Numbered from the stretch's first letter, positions 23,716-36,410 are shown. The stretch: 64,000 nt of DNA from Penicillus capitatus (GCA_965649825.1 OZ287697.1:124001-188000); one strand, 5' to 3'. The notes: generated by a model from the letters alone, not told the origin. Program-made: numbers and translations.

Positions 23716-25317
23716 ATGTGGACTGCCGTCCTCTGTTCTCTGCTCGTCGCAATCGTGACGCGTGTCCTCTGGCGCAGATGGAGGTACGACCTCCACAAAG
23801 TACCGACGCCGCCTGGCTGGCCAATTCTGGGCCACACCCTCGACTTCGTCAACGGCGAAGCACTCAGAAACACCTCGAAATGGTTTGGACAAGGTCTCAA
23901 GCGCCTCAATTACCCGAAGCTGATGCGGGTGAGATGTTCTGCATACATGACAGCTACATAAGAAGTCGCTGTAGATTAATGTTTTTGGCAAATATTTGCT
24001 AGTGGCCACGGATGACGAGTTCATAAAAAGTTGTATGATGTCCAATAGACATCCCTTTCCTAGAACCGTTGAAAACGAAAGTTTCATTCTTCCGGTGAGC
24101 TCATTTACAGATGGGCCCAAATGATCATGTGTTTACAGATGATAGGCAACAATCCACAAGCGAGATCACTTTTTCTGCATGCTGAAGCAACGCCATACGT
24201 CAAGGCCGTTCGCAGAGTTTACCTAAACGCGTTTCAGTCGAACAATCTGAAGATGGCGCTGCCGAAGATTCAAGACGTCATACGAAAGATGATCTCCGTC
24301 ATCGAATCTGCGAGGGAGGATGGACCGATCGACGTCCAGAAACTGTCCGTATCGGTGACCCTGGACGTCATTGGTTCTATTGCCTTCGACAAGAATCTGG
24401 GCGGTTTGGATGGCCCTGGAGAGATCATCGACCACATCTTGGCAGCTGGATATGTCGCGAGAGAAGCTTATAGCAATCCACTCAAGTCAGTCTACTGTAA
24501 GATCTTTCCACACTCTAAGGCTGGAAAACACCGAAGCTCAGTTCTCGGCAACCTGTACAAAGAGTGGAAACGGCTCGGTGATGAGATACTGGCCCGAGAC
24601 GACCCTGTCAATGGTGAAGAGCCCATCTGGTACGGGCTGAAACATCTGACAGATCCGGAAACGAAGAAACGCGTGGACCACGACGTTCTTTTGGCTGAAG
24701 TTGCGACTGTATTTTTTGGCGGGATGGGCGTTACGGGCCATCAACTCGCATGGATCTATGGTCTATTGGCCTCTCGTCCAGACGTCATCAAAAAGGTCTT
24801 GGACGAGCTGAAAGAGCACGGCCTGTACGGAGACACTCTGAACGATATGCAGTTCGAAGACTTGTCGAAGCTGACCTATCTCAATGCTGTCGTTAAGGAG
24901 GGCATGAGGGTGGCGTGCGTTCTTGTACAAATATTTGGTCGGAGTGTGCCAAGAGACATGAACATTCTCGGATACAGGATCCCGAAGGGGACGACGATTC
25001 TGCAGATTGGCAACCGCGCGTACCAAATCGACGCAGACTGGAACGATCCAGAAAGCTTCAAGCCAGAGAGGTGGCTCAGTGATGACGCGATCTGCCGTTC
25101 ACGCAACGTACAGTTCTCGACAGGCCCAAGAGATTGCCCTGGGCAGAAGTTGGCAATGCTGGAAATGCGAGTTGCCATTGTCGCCATCCTTCAACGTTAT
25201 GAGATCTCATTGGTCGGATCGTATGCAGATTTGGCAGACAATGCGGTGACAGGACTAGCCATCGAAGCTGAGAACGGCATCTGGTTGAATTTTGCGCCGA
25301 GAAAGACTTCCACTTAA
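23716..25317 (+). CDS. Cytochrome P450 (type B copy 2), intact, atypical I-helix
   Basis: Same 3-exon structure, I-helix FFGGMGVTG, EGMR, KPERW and FSTGPRDCPG. Confidence 0.94.
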
Positions 25318-26199
25318 CAGGGCAGAAGTTTTTCATCATCCATCGATCTTCACTTTTAGAATTACATCACTTTCTTTTGCATGAGGATACTGAATGCCAA
25401 GCGCAAGAGAAGTGTGATTCATGACTATTCTTTTCACTTGCAATGTATGTTAGAAGGATTTTCACTCTCCGTTGAAACTCATCTGTAATGCAATGCAGGT
25501 TGACTTTATACATCTCTCTCGGCATTATCCGTCGTTACTTCACTGCGCGGCATAATCTCACTGGTCATCTGACCCTCACTCGGATGCATGATATCCATTA
25601 CGGAAAAACGCGATTGCGCGAGATGCGGGTCATTTCAATCCATTTGCGCACACACCTGTCACCAATGCGACCTTTCTTCGGAGACTATCTGATAGAAGAC
25701 TGTTTGTCATTGGGAGCTGTACATTTGATCGGGACTTTCATTTTTATTCGCTTTACCGACCGCATGCTTCGGTCGCAACGAAAACGTGAGGAAATGCAAA
25801 TCAATCCCAGAGGGCTTGACAAAGTCAAAAAACGCTTCCCGTGGAGAGAGATGTCGGCTAAAGGATTATCGCTAGAAAGTTAAGAAACAAAGAAAAGGAT
25901 GCTGCTAGATACGTTAGGATGCGAGACGTGACGGGGATGCGTTGGACACCGTGTGCCGCGGGCGTGCACACGCGGAAAGACAAATAGAGGGAGCGAGCAG
26001 TGTTGAGTCGATGCAAAGACTACTTACACGGTGCGTCCAGTCAGTTAAATACCCGTGGCGCCCGCGGACCGCTGTCCCATCAAGAAGCTGACAGCCTGTC
26101 CGGTCCGCGGGGCCAAACCGTTGTCGACCTCCCGTCAAGACGCCGTATCGCAAATCCATAGGCGAAACGAACGAAGAGTTCAAACGGGATCAAACTCTG

Positions 26200-26650
26200 C
26201 AGCTATGGCAAACGTCTGCCGATGGGATTAACGGCACCCCTTGTGTGCATGCAGTAGATGTGATCGCACGATTGATGGCCACAACTGAATCTTAATTGGT
26301 GTGGATCTTGTCCGCTATCGCATGTCACCCTCATATCGCCGAGAAAAGTGAAATAACTCAAGGAGCACGAACTCTACGGAAGACTCCCTATGACTTGCAG
26401 TTTCAAGACTTATCATGTTTTACGTACCTCACAGCCATCATCAAGGAGGGAATGCGCGTTGCACATACGGACTGTGCTTCGTTTACATGCCGGGGCATCG
26501 AGAGACATCACATTTCTCGGTATACAGAGTGCCAAAGGGAATTCGCATCTTTTACGTTGGCAATAAATCATTCTAGATCGTTAGGGAGTGGGACGAGTCA
26601 GAAAGTTCCAAGCCTGAGAGATGGTCGGTCGGTGTCTCATTCAATGTGGG
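26200..26650 (+). pseudogene. Decayed P450 fragment
   Basis: LQFQDLSCFTYLTAIIKEGMRVAH, then GYRVPKG and KPERW in shifted frames. No intact heme motif. Confidence 0.8.
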
Positions 26651-26904
26651 GTTTTTACATGGGCTCCGCACAGTGGTATATCACATAGTTCTTGATAAGT
26701 TCAGTAAGGCATCGATAGATTTATGAAAGCTTTTTCGAGATGCAAGAAAGGCATCTATCTAGTCGGGACAGATAATTCAGTGCTAGCGATGGAGGAAAAG
26801 TTTTAGCAAATAATTGCCACTTGCTTCGGTTCGACTCTAGGTGTGGATAGCAAAGATGGTCCCTGGTCTCTTCCATATTTGGCATCTAAAACGATATTGG
26901 TTTG

Positions 26905-27854
26905 TGTCAGTGAACAGCTGTCCACCTTCGTGCAGCTGACGACGGAGACGCGTTTGTGAGAGTCGACCTGTCGGCCGAGTCCGAACCGGATGGCGAGTCG
27001 CGCTGGGAGCTCCGTCAGCAATGTCTAATTACATAACTCGACGGATAAGACAGAACAGTTCTCGCATAAGTACTCGGAATGACGTCAGTCCTCTCTCATG
27101 CCAACGTCGTGCATGATGAGCGTCTTGCGCAACGTACGTCACAGCGTTGATGTGACGTTCGACGCGTATATAAGCCGTATTGTTAACGATTCAACAGTCT
27201 TCTGTAAGCTATAAGCCTTCGTCGTCAACCGACAACGCGACATGGTTTCGGAGCTGCAAAGATTCCGGCGATAGAATCCCGTCATCGAAGACTGAAGACT
27301 TTCCCAGACACGTCCGTGGTGACAGCGTTTCACCTGTCACTTGCAGTCTGGAGTTCGTTTCATCGTCCGAGTTGCTGAGTTTCAGTTTCACGCTGCGATA
27401 GCGTGCTGTTGTGCATTTGTCGTTGTTTGCGTTCACCGTTGCTGCGCTTTGTCTGTGTTTTCGTTTCATATCTGAGTCACCACGGACGTGTTGTCGCTGT
27501 GAGAGTTGGTTCGTACTTCCCGTGTCAGTGCCGAAGTATCAGAGACGTAAGAGCCACAGAGCTGCGGTGAGCGGGCCGCAGAGGGAGAAGCCGTGGGAGC
27601 GCGATGGCCCATGGCTCGACTCCTGGCCAGCCTGATGATGTCCCGGTCGTTGCGAGATGCGTTCCTTTCACGCCATTCGGAGCCTGCACAGCGGAAAGGG
27701 GGTGGGCACATGTCAGTGAACAGCTGTCCACCTTCGTGCAGCTGACGACGGAGACGCGTTGATGTGACGTTCGACGCGTATATAAGCCGTATTGTTAACG
27801 ATTCAACAGTCTTCTGTAAGCTATAAGCCTTCGTCGTCAACCGACAACGCGACA
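26905..27854 (+). mobile_element. TRIM (non-autonomous miniature LTR retrotransposon)
   Basis: 144-bp identical LTRs TGTCAG...CGCGACA (the 5' copy is split by an insertion), TSD GTTTG (26900-26904 and 27855-27859), PBS TGGTTTCGGAGC at 27243-27254, purine tract GGAAAGGGGGTGGG before the 3' LTR, and 468 bp of internal sequence without pol. Confidence 0.92.
26955..27143. mobile_element. Solo LTR nested in the TRIM 5' LTR
   Basis: 189 bp with TGTGA...TCACA termini and TSD GCGTT (26950-26954 and 27144-27148). The empty site is visible in the TRIM 3' LTR. Confidence 0.88.
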
Positions 27855-28654
27855 GTTTGTAATTCACGTTTCCAAGCATTAAAAAAGGGCGAGGTAAATG
27901 ACGGATGGGCCTTAACGGTTTCAGCCAGCGGGCTAGACACGCCGCTGGCTTCCGATGTGACAGCGTCCGCGTCACCGAGGGGTATAAAGCCGACGTGTAC
28001 GCTCACCCTGCAGTCCTTGCATTGACTAAGGTGTTGTTCCTCCTTCCTCGTGACGCGTGTGCGCGTCAGCGGCGTAAATTTCTCTGACGTTCCCTGTCAG
28101 TAGTCCCTTGTCGGCAGATGTCCGGCCAGAAAGCGATTAGGTTGCTTTTCGCTTGTTCTAGAGAAGTGTTTCCACCAGGTTTATTCCATGTCCATCCAAT
28201 TTGCTTGAGTGCTTGGCTTTTGAGGTCAACATGCCACAGGTCACAAGCGATGGTGCCGAGGTATGCTTTCCGTGCTGTCTGAACGAGTTCGCTGCAAATT
28301 TCTGACTCGGTATGTTCGAGGATGAGTTGTTGAACGCCCAACAGTATCCATTCTTGGGCGGCTACTTTTTTATTCCTTTCGCTCTCTATGCATCTGAGTT
28401 TGATATGTGTTTTTAATCGGATTTGTTGACCGGGACGTATTCCATGGGAAGTGGCAGTTGAGGAGTAAGCCTAGGATGTTGATTTCTGAAGAACGAAGGC
28501 CAACCAGTGAGATGTGAGAGCAGGTGAGGGTTATGCGATTAGCTCCAGTGATCAGGATGCCTCCAAACCGGTAGAGTGAGCGGAGAATTTGTATCGAGCC
28601 TTGAGGATTTTCCTCGTGAGAGAAGTCCAAAGATGGAGACGTTGCACAAAAAGA

Positions 28655-29287
28655 CTGGTACGTGCACACATGTAAAGGATTATTTGGTGGATACTTGATT
28701 TGTGTCATTTGAGGTGGAATCGTTGGTTTCCAAAGTGCGCCGGAATTCTGTCTCATCTCCGAGTTTCTTCTTCTGACTTCTGACTATAGTTTGGGCAGAG
28801 ATCTATCGTTTAAACGGACCAATTAAAAATGCAATGAATTCTGATTCCCATCGTCGATGCTAAACGCAGTGAATACAGCTGATTCGCCTCAGCGCCAGGC
28901 AAAACTTCTCAAGGAACCCAGGGACCTGCACAGTTCCCTGCCGCTGCGCCTCATTGCTTTCATGTCATTGCACTTCGTTCAACTCTTTCGTCTCCAGAAA
29001 AAAACGAGGCAGAACAATGCCAAGCCCTCAAGCATTAGAAGCATACCTGTTGTACATTGTGCTGGGACAATGAGGTCTTCATAGACGAGCATTAGGCGCG
29101 TGATCCGGCAGCGATGGACGCCGCTCTCGTCTGTTATAAACGTTCCACCGGCACCGCAGAATTTGCTCGTTCGTGGGATATACGGTTAATCGTCAGCAGC
29201 GTATGGTTAACCGTTATTAAGATTCGTTTCTGCGCGTGTTCCTTCACTGAGGACAGCCACTATTAGTACTGGACATCGCAGAAGGAA
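28655..29287. repeat. Upstream/promoter region of type A P450 duplicated at 47614-48246
   Basis: Long near-identical stretches, e.g. GATTCCCATCGTCGATGCTAAACGCAGTGAATACAGCTG. Confidence 0.9.
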
Positions 29288-30887
29288 ATGTGGACGGCAT
29301 TGCTTTGGTCGCTCGTCGCCGTATGGCTTTCACGCTTTCTGTGGAGAAGATGGAAATACGACCTGCACAAGATACCTTGTCCTCCCGGACTGCCAATTTT
29401 GGGCCATACGCTTTCCTTGACGCGCGGCGAGGGACTGAGAGATTGCGCAAGATGGGTGGGTAATGCGCTCAAGAGACTTGACTACCCGAAGTTGATGCGG
29501 GTGAGCAATTCTCGAACTCGAGTCGCATTTAAAGAGAACGGTTTCAGTTGGACGTCATGGGCACGTCGGAACTCATCGTGACGGACGACGCCTTCGTCAA
29601 AACGGTGATCCTTTCCTCTCAGAATCCGTTTCCGATAGGAGCAAACGGACATTTCATACTGCCGGTAAGTAAGCAGCTGTCCAAAAACTGTCTCCTATTA
29701 TCGACTGTTTAGACGATTGGAAATGATGCACAAGCTAAGAGCCTTATGTTGAATGCCGAAGTCACGCCATATGTGAAGGCGGTTCGTAGGATCTACACAG
29801 AAGCTGTGCAGTCGACGAGTCTTAAGGCAGCAATGCCCAGACTTCAGAACGTCATGCGGAGAATGCTTTCCGTCGTCGAGTCCAGAAGAATAGATCGTCC
29901 GGTCGAACTCCAGAAGCTCTTCATGAGTATGGCGCTAGATGGAATCGGTGCGCTGGCTTTCGATGTAAACATGGGCAGTCTGGATGACAGCAGCGAGTTA
30001 CTGGATCTACTCAGGGCTGCAGCATACATCGGAAGGCAGAGGTTCTCGAATCCCCTGGGCGAAATCTACTGTCGAATCTTCCCGAACTCATCGACGGCTC
30101 AGCAACGGCGCAAGACCATAGAGAATCTGAATCGAAAGTGGAAGGAACTGACAGACGACATCTCGCAGAGAGAGGAACCGACCACAGGAGAGAACCCCGT
30201 CTGGTATGGACTGAAGCGTCTGGTGGATCCCGAAACGAAGAAACCCATTCCCTACAACAGACTTCTCTCAGAAGTCGCCACCGTCGTGTTCGCTGGGACA
30301 GAGACAACTGGACAACAGCTGTCGTGGGTTCTGGCTCTCATCGCATCCCGATCCGACGTGGCGGAAAAGATTGTCAAAGAGCTGGACAAACATGGGCTCT
30401 ATGGCGAAAACGCACGAGAACTGCAGTTTGAAGACTTGGCCAATCTGACTTACCTGACAGCCGTCATTAAGGAAGGAATGAGAGCGGCCTGGATTGGTGT
30501 AGCCTCATTTCCTCGCATCGTTCCAGAGGTATGACGATTCTGGGATACAGGGTGCCAAAAGGCACCAAGATCACACGATTTGGACACAGAGCATTTCAGG
30601 TCGATACCGACTGGAACGACCCAAATTCATTTGATCCAGAAGGAGAGTTCGCAGACGATGATCTTCGCAACAGGTGCAATGTCATGTTCTCATCCGGTCC
30701 GAGAGATTGTGTTGGCCAGAAGCTGGCCATGCTCGAAATGCGCCTTGCCGTCATCTCTCTCTTGCAGAAGTATAGACTCTCGCTGGTCGGCACCATTCAA
30801 GATTTGATGGACAACGTTCTCACAAGCGGAACCATTGGAGTGGAGGGCGGTATGTGGATCAACGTGGTGCAAAAGGAGAATCTTTGA
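29288..30887 (+). pseudogene. Cytochrome P450 (type A copy 2) with a 1-nt frameshift
   Basis: CCAGAGGTATGACG at ~30525 versus CCAGAAGATATGACG / CCGGAGGATATGACG in paralogs. The rest of the frame is intact, including FSSGPRDCVG. An assembly error is possible. Confidence 0.85.
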
Positions 30888-31756
30888 GTTTTACAGCATC
30901 ATCTCCAGATTCCAATAACTGGAGAAGCAAGCATTATTTCATTGATCGAGGAAGGGAAATGATTTTCGGAAAGAAATGCTCGAAACGCAAACCACATGTT
31001 CATTATTTTTTTTTCTTTCTACAAGGCTCGCGACTCGTTTGGAGAACACCGATGTCGGGACGTAACAAACGCATGTCCATGATCGATCCTCATCGGTTTT
31101 CGACGACAAGGACAATTCTCCAGATGCCACCACAGCATCTACTGTGAGTTTTGTCGGAGCCGTCGGCGGCGTGACGGTGACGGTGTTCGAAAAGACAGGA
31201 CGGTTGAAAAACGGTCCGATTGATTGCCTCCGTTGAGATGGTCAAGCGGAGCGACATGACATTCTGAACCGAAAGCGAATGCTGGACTGATCGCAGTACC
31301 CAGTCAGGTAAATCTTTGGTGCATATCATCGCAATCGTCTCGTTTGTATTTGCAATGACTAAGCGAGGTGTTCTGGGTCGCCGAAGCCAGCCGTCTTGAA
31401 TCTAATGAATTTAAATGCAGGACTTCTAGTAGTCCGTGCTAACAAGAATGCGTTCAGAATTGTTTGCAGCATATAAGATGCGTAAAAGGAGGTTATAACT
31501 ATCATTCAGATCCTGTCTCAGATACTTCCCATCTATCGTCGACCACCCGACATGATCGTACCAAAATTAAGATGAACATTTCCCTGTACATCAAGTTAGA
31601 TATGTCCAAAACGATCATTTCAGCTTCCGTCCATTGAATCCCAAATCTAGTTAAACAGTAGAATTTAGCTTTGCGGCAATGTGTGTGTTAGGCAGTGAGT
31701 GTGTAGTGATGGTAAGCAATGACAACGCCCGTGATGCCATCCGTCAATCGGCAGCG

Positions 31757-32676
31757 TCAGAGACCGAAGCCTTCGCAGTACTTCCAGCATGAATCGAATG
31801 CCTTTGCAGCTAAGTCTTGCACAGCTGCGATGAACTCGGCCTCTGTACTTGCGGAGGGCGTATCTAGTGTCGTACTAGTACCAGTAGTACTAAGCTTCTC
31901 ATACACGCTTTTCGCAGCGTCAATCACTGCCACGATGTTCTGTTCGCAAATGGAATCGCCAAATGTATTCACTTTCTCGGCAACATCCCGAATCGCTTGG
32001 CCGACGATGCAAGAGACTTCGACCGGACTGAGTGAAATCGAACCGGAAACTGGGCCACTCATCAATATTTTGTCGACCTGGCAAGCGACTCTATCCGCAA
32101 GCTGTTCTTTCGAATCGCAAGATTCATGATTCGAAGTACAGTCTATTGAAACGGAGCCGAGTGTACTCGTGACAGCTTTGCAAAAGCACTCTGCGTCCTT
32201 CTGAACATAAAAGTCGCGGCACTCTGTCGGCGACGGTTGTTGGTTCGTTCTAAAGCAAGCATCCGCTATCTTGCGGAAATCCTAAACAAATCACCGTCAG
32301 AACTTCGCGTTCAACAATTGTGGTTTACGCGCGGAAAAAGGGTTGTCGTCGTGGAGCATCCGCCTCTAACCGATGTAGAGTTTATGGACTTGCGTTGCAT
32401 GAGCGGAATTGGCTCGCCATTCGAGTTCACCGGATGCCCGCCGCTCTTCGAATAAGCAGTAGAGTGAAAACCCCGTTCGCTAAAAGTAGTGCTGCTCCCT
32501 GATAACTTTCCGGTTCTCGACAGTAGATCAGCAGCTACGACTTCGGACGAACACTTTTCCTCGTATTGCGCTAAAAACACAGTGTCGTCGTCTAGCAGGT
32601 GACAAAGACGAGTTTTACCGTCCGAGACGACGCTCAACAACGCGGTGAGCACAACCACAAGTGCCAGCTTCGACAT
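31757..32676 (-). CDS. Secreted Cys-rich protein of unknown family, copy 2
   Basis: MSKLALVVVLTALLSVVSDA|QYEEKC, with the same two intron positions as copy 1 and the conserved C-terminus DSCWKYCEGFGL. Confidence 0.8.
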
Positions 32677-33841
32677 TCTTGGAATCCACAGACCGGCGAA
32701 TTGAAGTGAAAGCTTTTGGCGAAATTAGAAACCCGACACGGAGAACGGCTTTTAAAGCGGCGAATAGTCAGCCGTCGGGAAGTTGTGCGAAGCTGGGCAC
32801 GTGTCCAAGATACCCGTCGTTCTCAACAGTCACTTCAGCGTTAAGTGCGTTTCTTCAATGCGAAGTGCATCCGAAACCGCCACGTCGTTTCATTGATCGC
32901 CGATTCCGAACTCATGAAAGTCAATCGAAGTCTGAACTAGTGATGGCTAGGCTAAGAAGCAAAACGACCTAGTTCCGACGCTGAATGACGCAGAGGATTC
33001 TTGAAAGAACGAACTGTCTGGCGTAGGTATCTAGACAAGTTCGCGGCAGAGGTGTCAGCAGACAGAGCCGATTGCCGGATCCGTTCTGAAAGAACAGATC
33101 AATCATCCATAAATCACATCACTGGTACGTTTAGTTGTCTGTGTTCAGCGGGGTGATTGAGTTACCTCTTTGTGGACGAGTAGTCACGACCAGGAAGATA
33201 ATGCGTGTTCTACCACATGAGATGGGCGTCCCAGATCATGATCATACTCAGTCCTGGCATTTGTATTAAGTAGAGCGACTTGCACATCGGACTGCACAGG
33301 CGCTCGCAGAAAATGACATCTGCCGTTGAATGTGTTCGAGAGAACGGACCGCTTAAGGTCTAAAATCGGTGTCTTCGGAAGGACATTAGGAAGCAAAAGA
33401 CACTGGCGCATGCATCGTTCCGATTGTTCGCAGATGGTGTCGCCGCATCGGGGACGCTTGGACGTCAGAGATAAACTGGTCTTTACACTGGCGTCAGAAA
33501 CCCACACACGTTCCTCGGGACACCTTTACGGCGTTTCTGCGCCATCGAGGTTACACATCCGAAGCGACGTATCATTCGGATAGATTTGACTCCCAAACGC
33601 GATCCATCGACCTGTTGCGCCGATGGACCTCACAGACGTCGTCCTTCGTTCCATGAATTCGTCTGACGATCGTAAGAGATGGAGATGACAGTAGAGGAAG
33701 GAGTCAGCATTAGTCACTTGGGTTTTCGTTCTGCTGCGTGGATTATATTTGGATTCTCGTTTTGCCGTGAAAACGAGGCTCCTGCCGTGTGGAGCTGCGC
33801 TGTCCGTTTTCAGTTTCGCCGGGCCATTCGACGTGAAAGCC

Positions 33842-35442
33842 ATGTGGACTGCCGTCCTCTGTTCTCTGCTCGTCGCACTCGTGACGCGTATTCTCTGGCG
33901 CAGATGGAGGTATGACCTCCACAAGGTACCGAGTCCACCTGGTTGGCCGATTCTGGGGCATACACTCGACTTCGTCAGCGGCGAAGCGCTCAGAAACACA
34001 TCGAAATGGTTTGGACGAGGTCTCAAGTGCCTCGATTACCCGAAGCTGATGAAAGTTTAATGCTCACTGTCCTTGTCAGCTGCTCAAAATTTTGCTGTAG
34101 ATTGATGTTTTTGGTAAATCTATGGTGGTGGTCACGGACAACGAGTTCATAAAAAACGTTATAATGTCCAGCAGAGATCCCTTTCCTAGAACCGTCGAAA
34201 ACGACAATTTCACTCTTCCAGTGAGCTTATTGACAGATGAGATCAAGTGATTTGTGCTTGTAGATGATAGGCAATAATCCACAAGCCAGATCACTTTTGC
34301 TGCGTGCTAAAACGACGCCATACGTCAAGGCGGCTCGTAAAGTTTACTTAACCGCGTTTCAGTCGAACAATCTGAAGATGGCGCTGCCGAAGATCAACGA
34401 TGTCATGAAGAACATGATCTCGATCATCGAATCTGCGAGGGAGGATGGACCGATCGACGTCCAGAAACTGTCCGTATCGGTGACCCTGGACGTCATTGGT
34501 TCTATTGCCTTCGACAAGAATCTGGGCGGTTTGGATGGCCGTGGAGAGATCATCGACCACATCTTGGCAGCTGGATATGTCGCGAGAGAAGCTCATAACA
34601 ATCCACTCAAGACTGTATACTGTTAGCTTTTTCCATACTCTAAGGCTGGACGATACCGGAGCTCGGTTCTCGGCAACCTGCACAACGAGTGGAAAAAGCT
34701 TACGGACGAGATACTGGCGCGAGAGGACCCTGTCAACGGAGAAGAGCCCATCTGGTACGGACTGAAACATCTGACAGATCCAGAAACGAAGAAACGCGTG
34801 GACTACGACGTCCTTCTGGCCGAGGTTGCAACAGTTGTGTTTAGCGGGATGGACACTACAGGTCATCAACTCGCATGGATCCTTGGTCTCTTGGCTGCTC
34901 GCCCCGACGTCGTCGGAAAGATCTTAGACGAGTTGAAGCAGCACGGTATGTACGGAGACACTCAGAAGGACCTGCAGTTCGAAGACCTGTCGCAGCTGAC
35001 CTATCTCAATGCTGTGGTTAAGGAAGGAATAAGAGTGGCGTACGTTTTAGTGCAAATCTTTGCTCGAAGTGCACCAAGAGACATGAACATTCTCGGATAC
35101 AGGATCCCGAAGGGGACAACGCTTCTGCAAATTGGCAACCGTGCGTACCAAATCGACACAGACTGGAACGATCCGGAAAGCTTCAAGCCAGAGAGGTGGC
35201 TCAACGACGATGCGATCTGCCGTTTACATAACCTACATTTCTCTTATGGCCCCAGAGATTGTCCCGGACAGAAGTTGGCGATGCTGGAAATACGAATTGC
35301 CATTATCGCTGTCTTCCAAAAGTACGAGGTCTCCTTGGTGGGATCGTATGCAGATTTAGCAAACAATGCGGTGGCCGGACTAGCCATCGAAGCTGAGAAC
35401 GGCCTCTGGTTGAATTTTGCGCCTAGAAAGACTTCCACTTAG
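33842..35442 (+). pseudogene. Cytochrome P450 (type B copy 3) with a single premature stop
   Basis: TAG at 34624-34626 where paralogs have AAG (Lys). Otherwise intact: SGMDTT, EGIR, KPERW, FSYGPRDCPG. Confidence 0.87.
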
Positions 35443-36410
35443 CAGGGCAGAAGTTTTTCATCATCCATCGATCTTCACTTTTAGAATCGCATCGCTTTCT
35501 TTTGCATGAGGAGAATGAATGCCAACCGCAAGAGAAGTGTGATTTATGACCATTCTTTTCACTTGCAATGTATGTTAGAAGGATTTTCACTCTCCGTTGA
35601 AACTCATCTGTAATGCAATGCAGGTTGACTTTATACATCTCTCTCGGCATTATCCGTCGCTACTTCACCACGCAGCATAATCTCACTGTTCATCCGACCC
35701 TCACTCGGACTGATGGTATTAGTGAGCTTATCTATCATCTGCCGAATGATCGAGACGATTGATTATTATGGTTTAATTTTTGGCTACGTTTTGACCGGTG
35801 AACAGTAAAAATTAGAATCAGACTTTTACAGGTCGTAAGAATGACAATGTAGTTAACGATCCAATATTATTAAGGGCCACAGTCGATTAATTGCAATAAC
35901 ACAACACTGGTTTTGCGCGCGCGTTTAACGTTTACGAAGACCAACGCCTTCCGCCAACAGCTTCTGTCGCAGTATTCTCCAGAGGGACATTTGATTGTGC
36001 AAGATGCAGGTTATTTCGAGACATTAGGAGACATACTCCGCACAACTGTGCCTTCTTTGGAGACAATTGAAGATAAATGTGAGATCAAGTAGGCATCGTG
36101 GAACTCTTCGTGTGAATTAAATGTGTGTGTGCTATACGATTACTTGTCCGTGCCATGAATGCGGCTGGCGTCTTTTCGTTCTCTCAGCCCAGATCGCTTT
36201 AATCGACGAGTCCCAACACCGCGGTAAGTGGAATTCCATCTGCAAGGCAGTGCTCCTGTCTGAAATGCGAATTCTGCAATCTCCGATTACTCCGAGTCGA
36301 AGAAATGGTACCCGGTGGGAGAAACCACTAAGTGTGTTTAAACGAGGGCACGATAAGAAGAATGTTTGTCTGCACAAGGAGGGGTCAACGCGACGGTTGA
36401 AGTGTCTGTC

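Noticed and set aside
23716-25317. Calling the atypical P450s CYP74 (AOS/HPL)
   Set aside because: The heme loop FxxGxRxCxG lacks the CYP74 insertion, so the family cannot be assigned without a search.
28066-28756. Minus-strand protein-like fragments upstream of P450-A2
   Set aside because: Interrupted by stops with no recognisable motif. Possibly a relic, but unsupported.
34624-34626. Premature TAG/TGA in P450s as a sign of a reassigned genetic code
   Set aside because: TAA, TAG and TGA all terminate intact genes here, and the premature stops align with Lys/Arg single-base changes.
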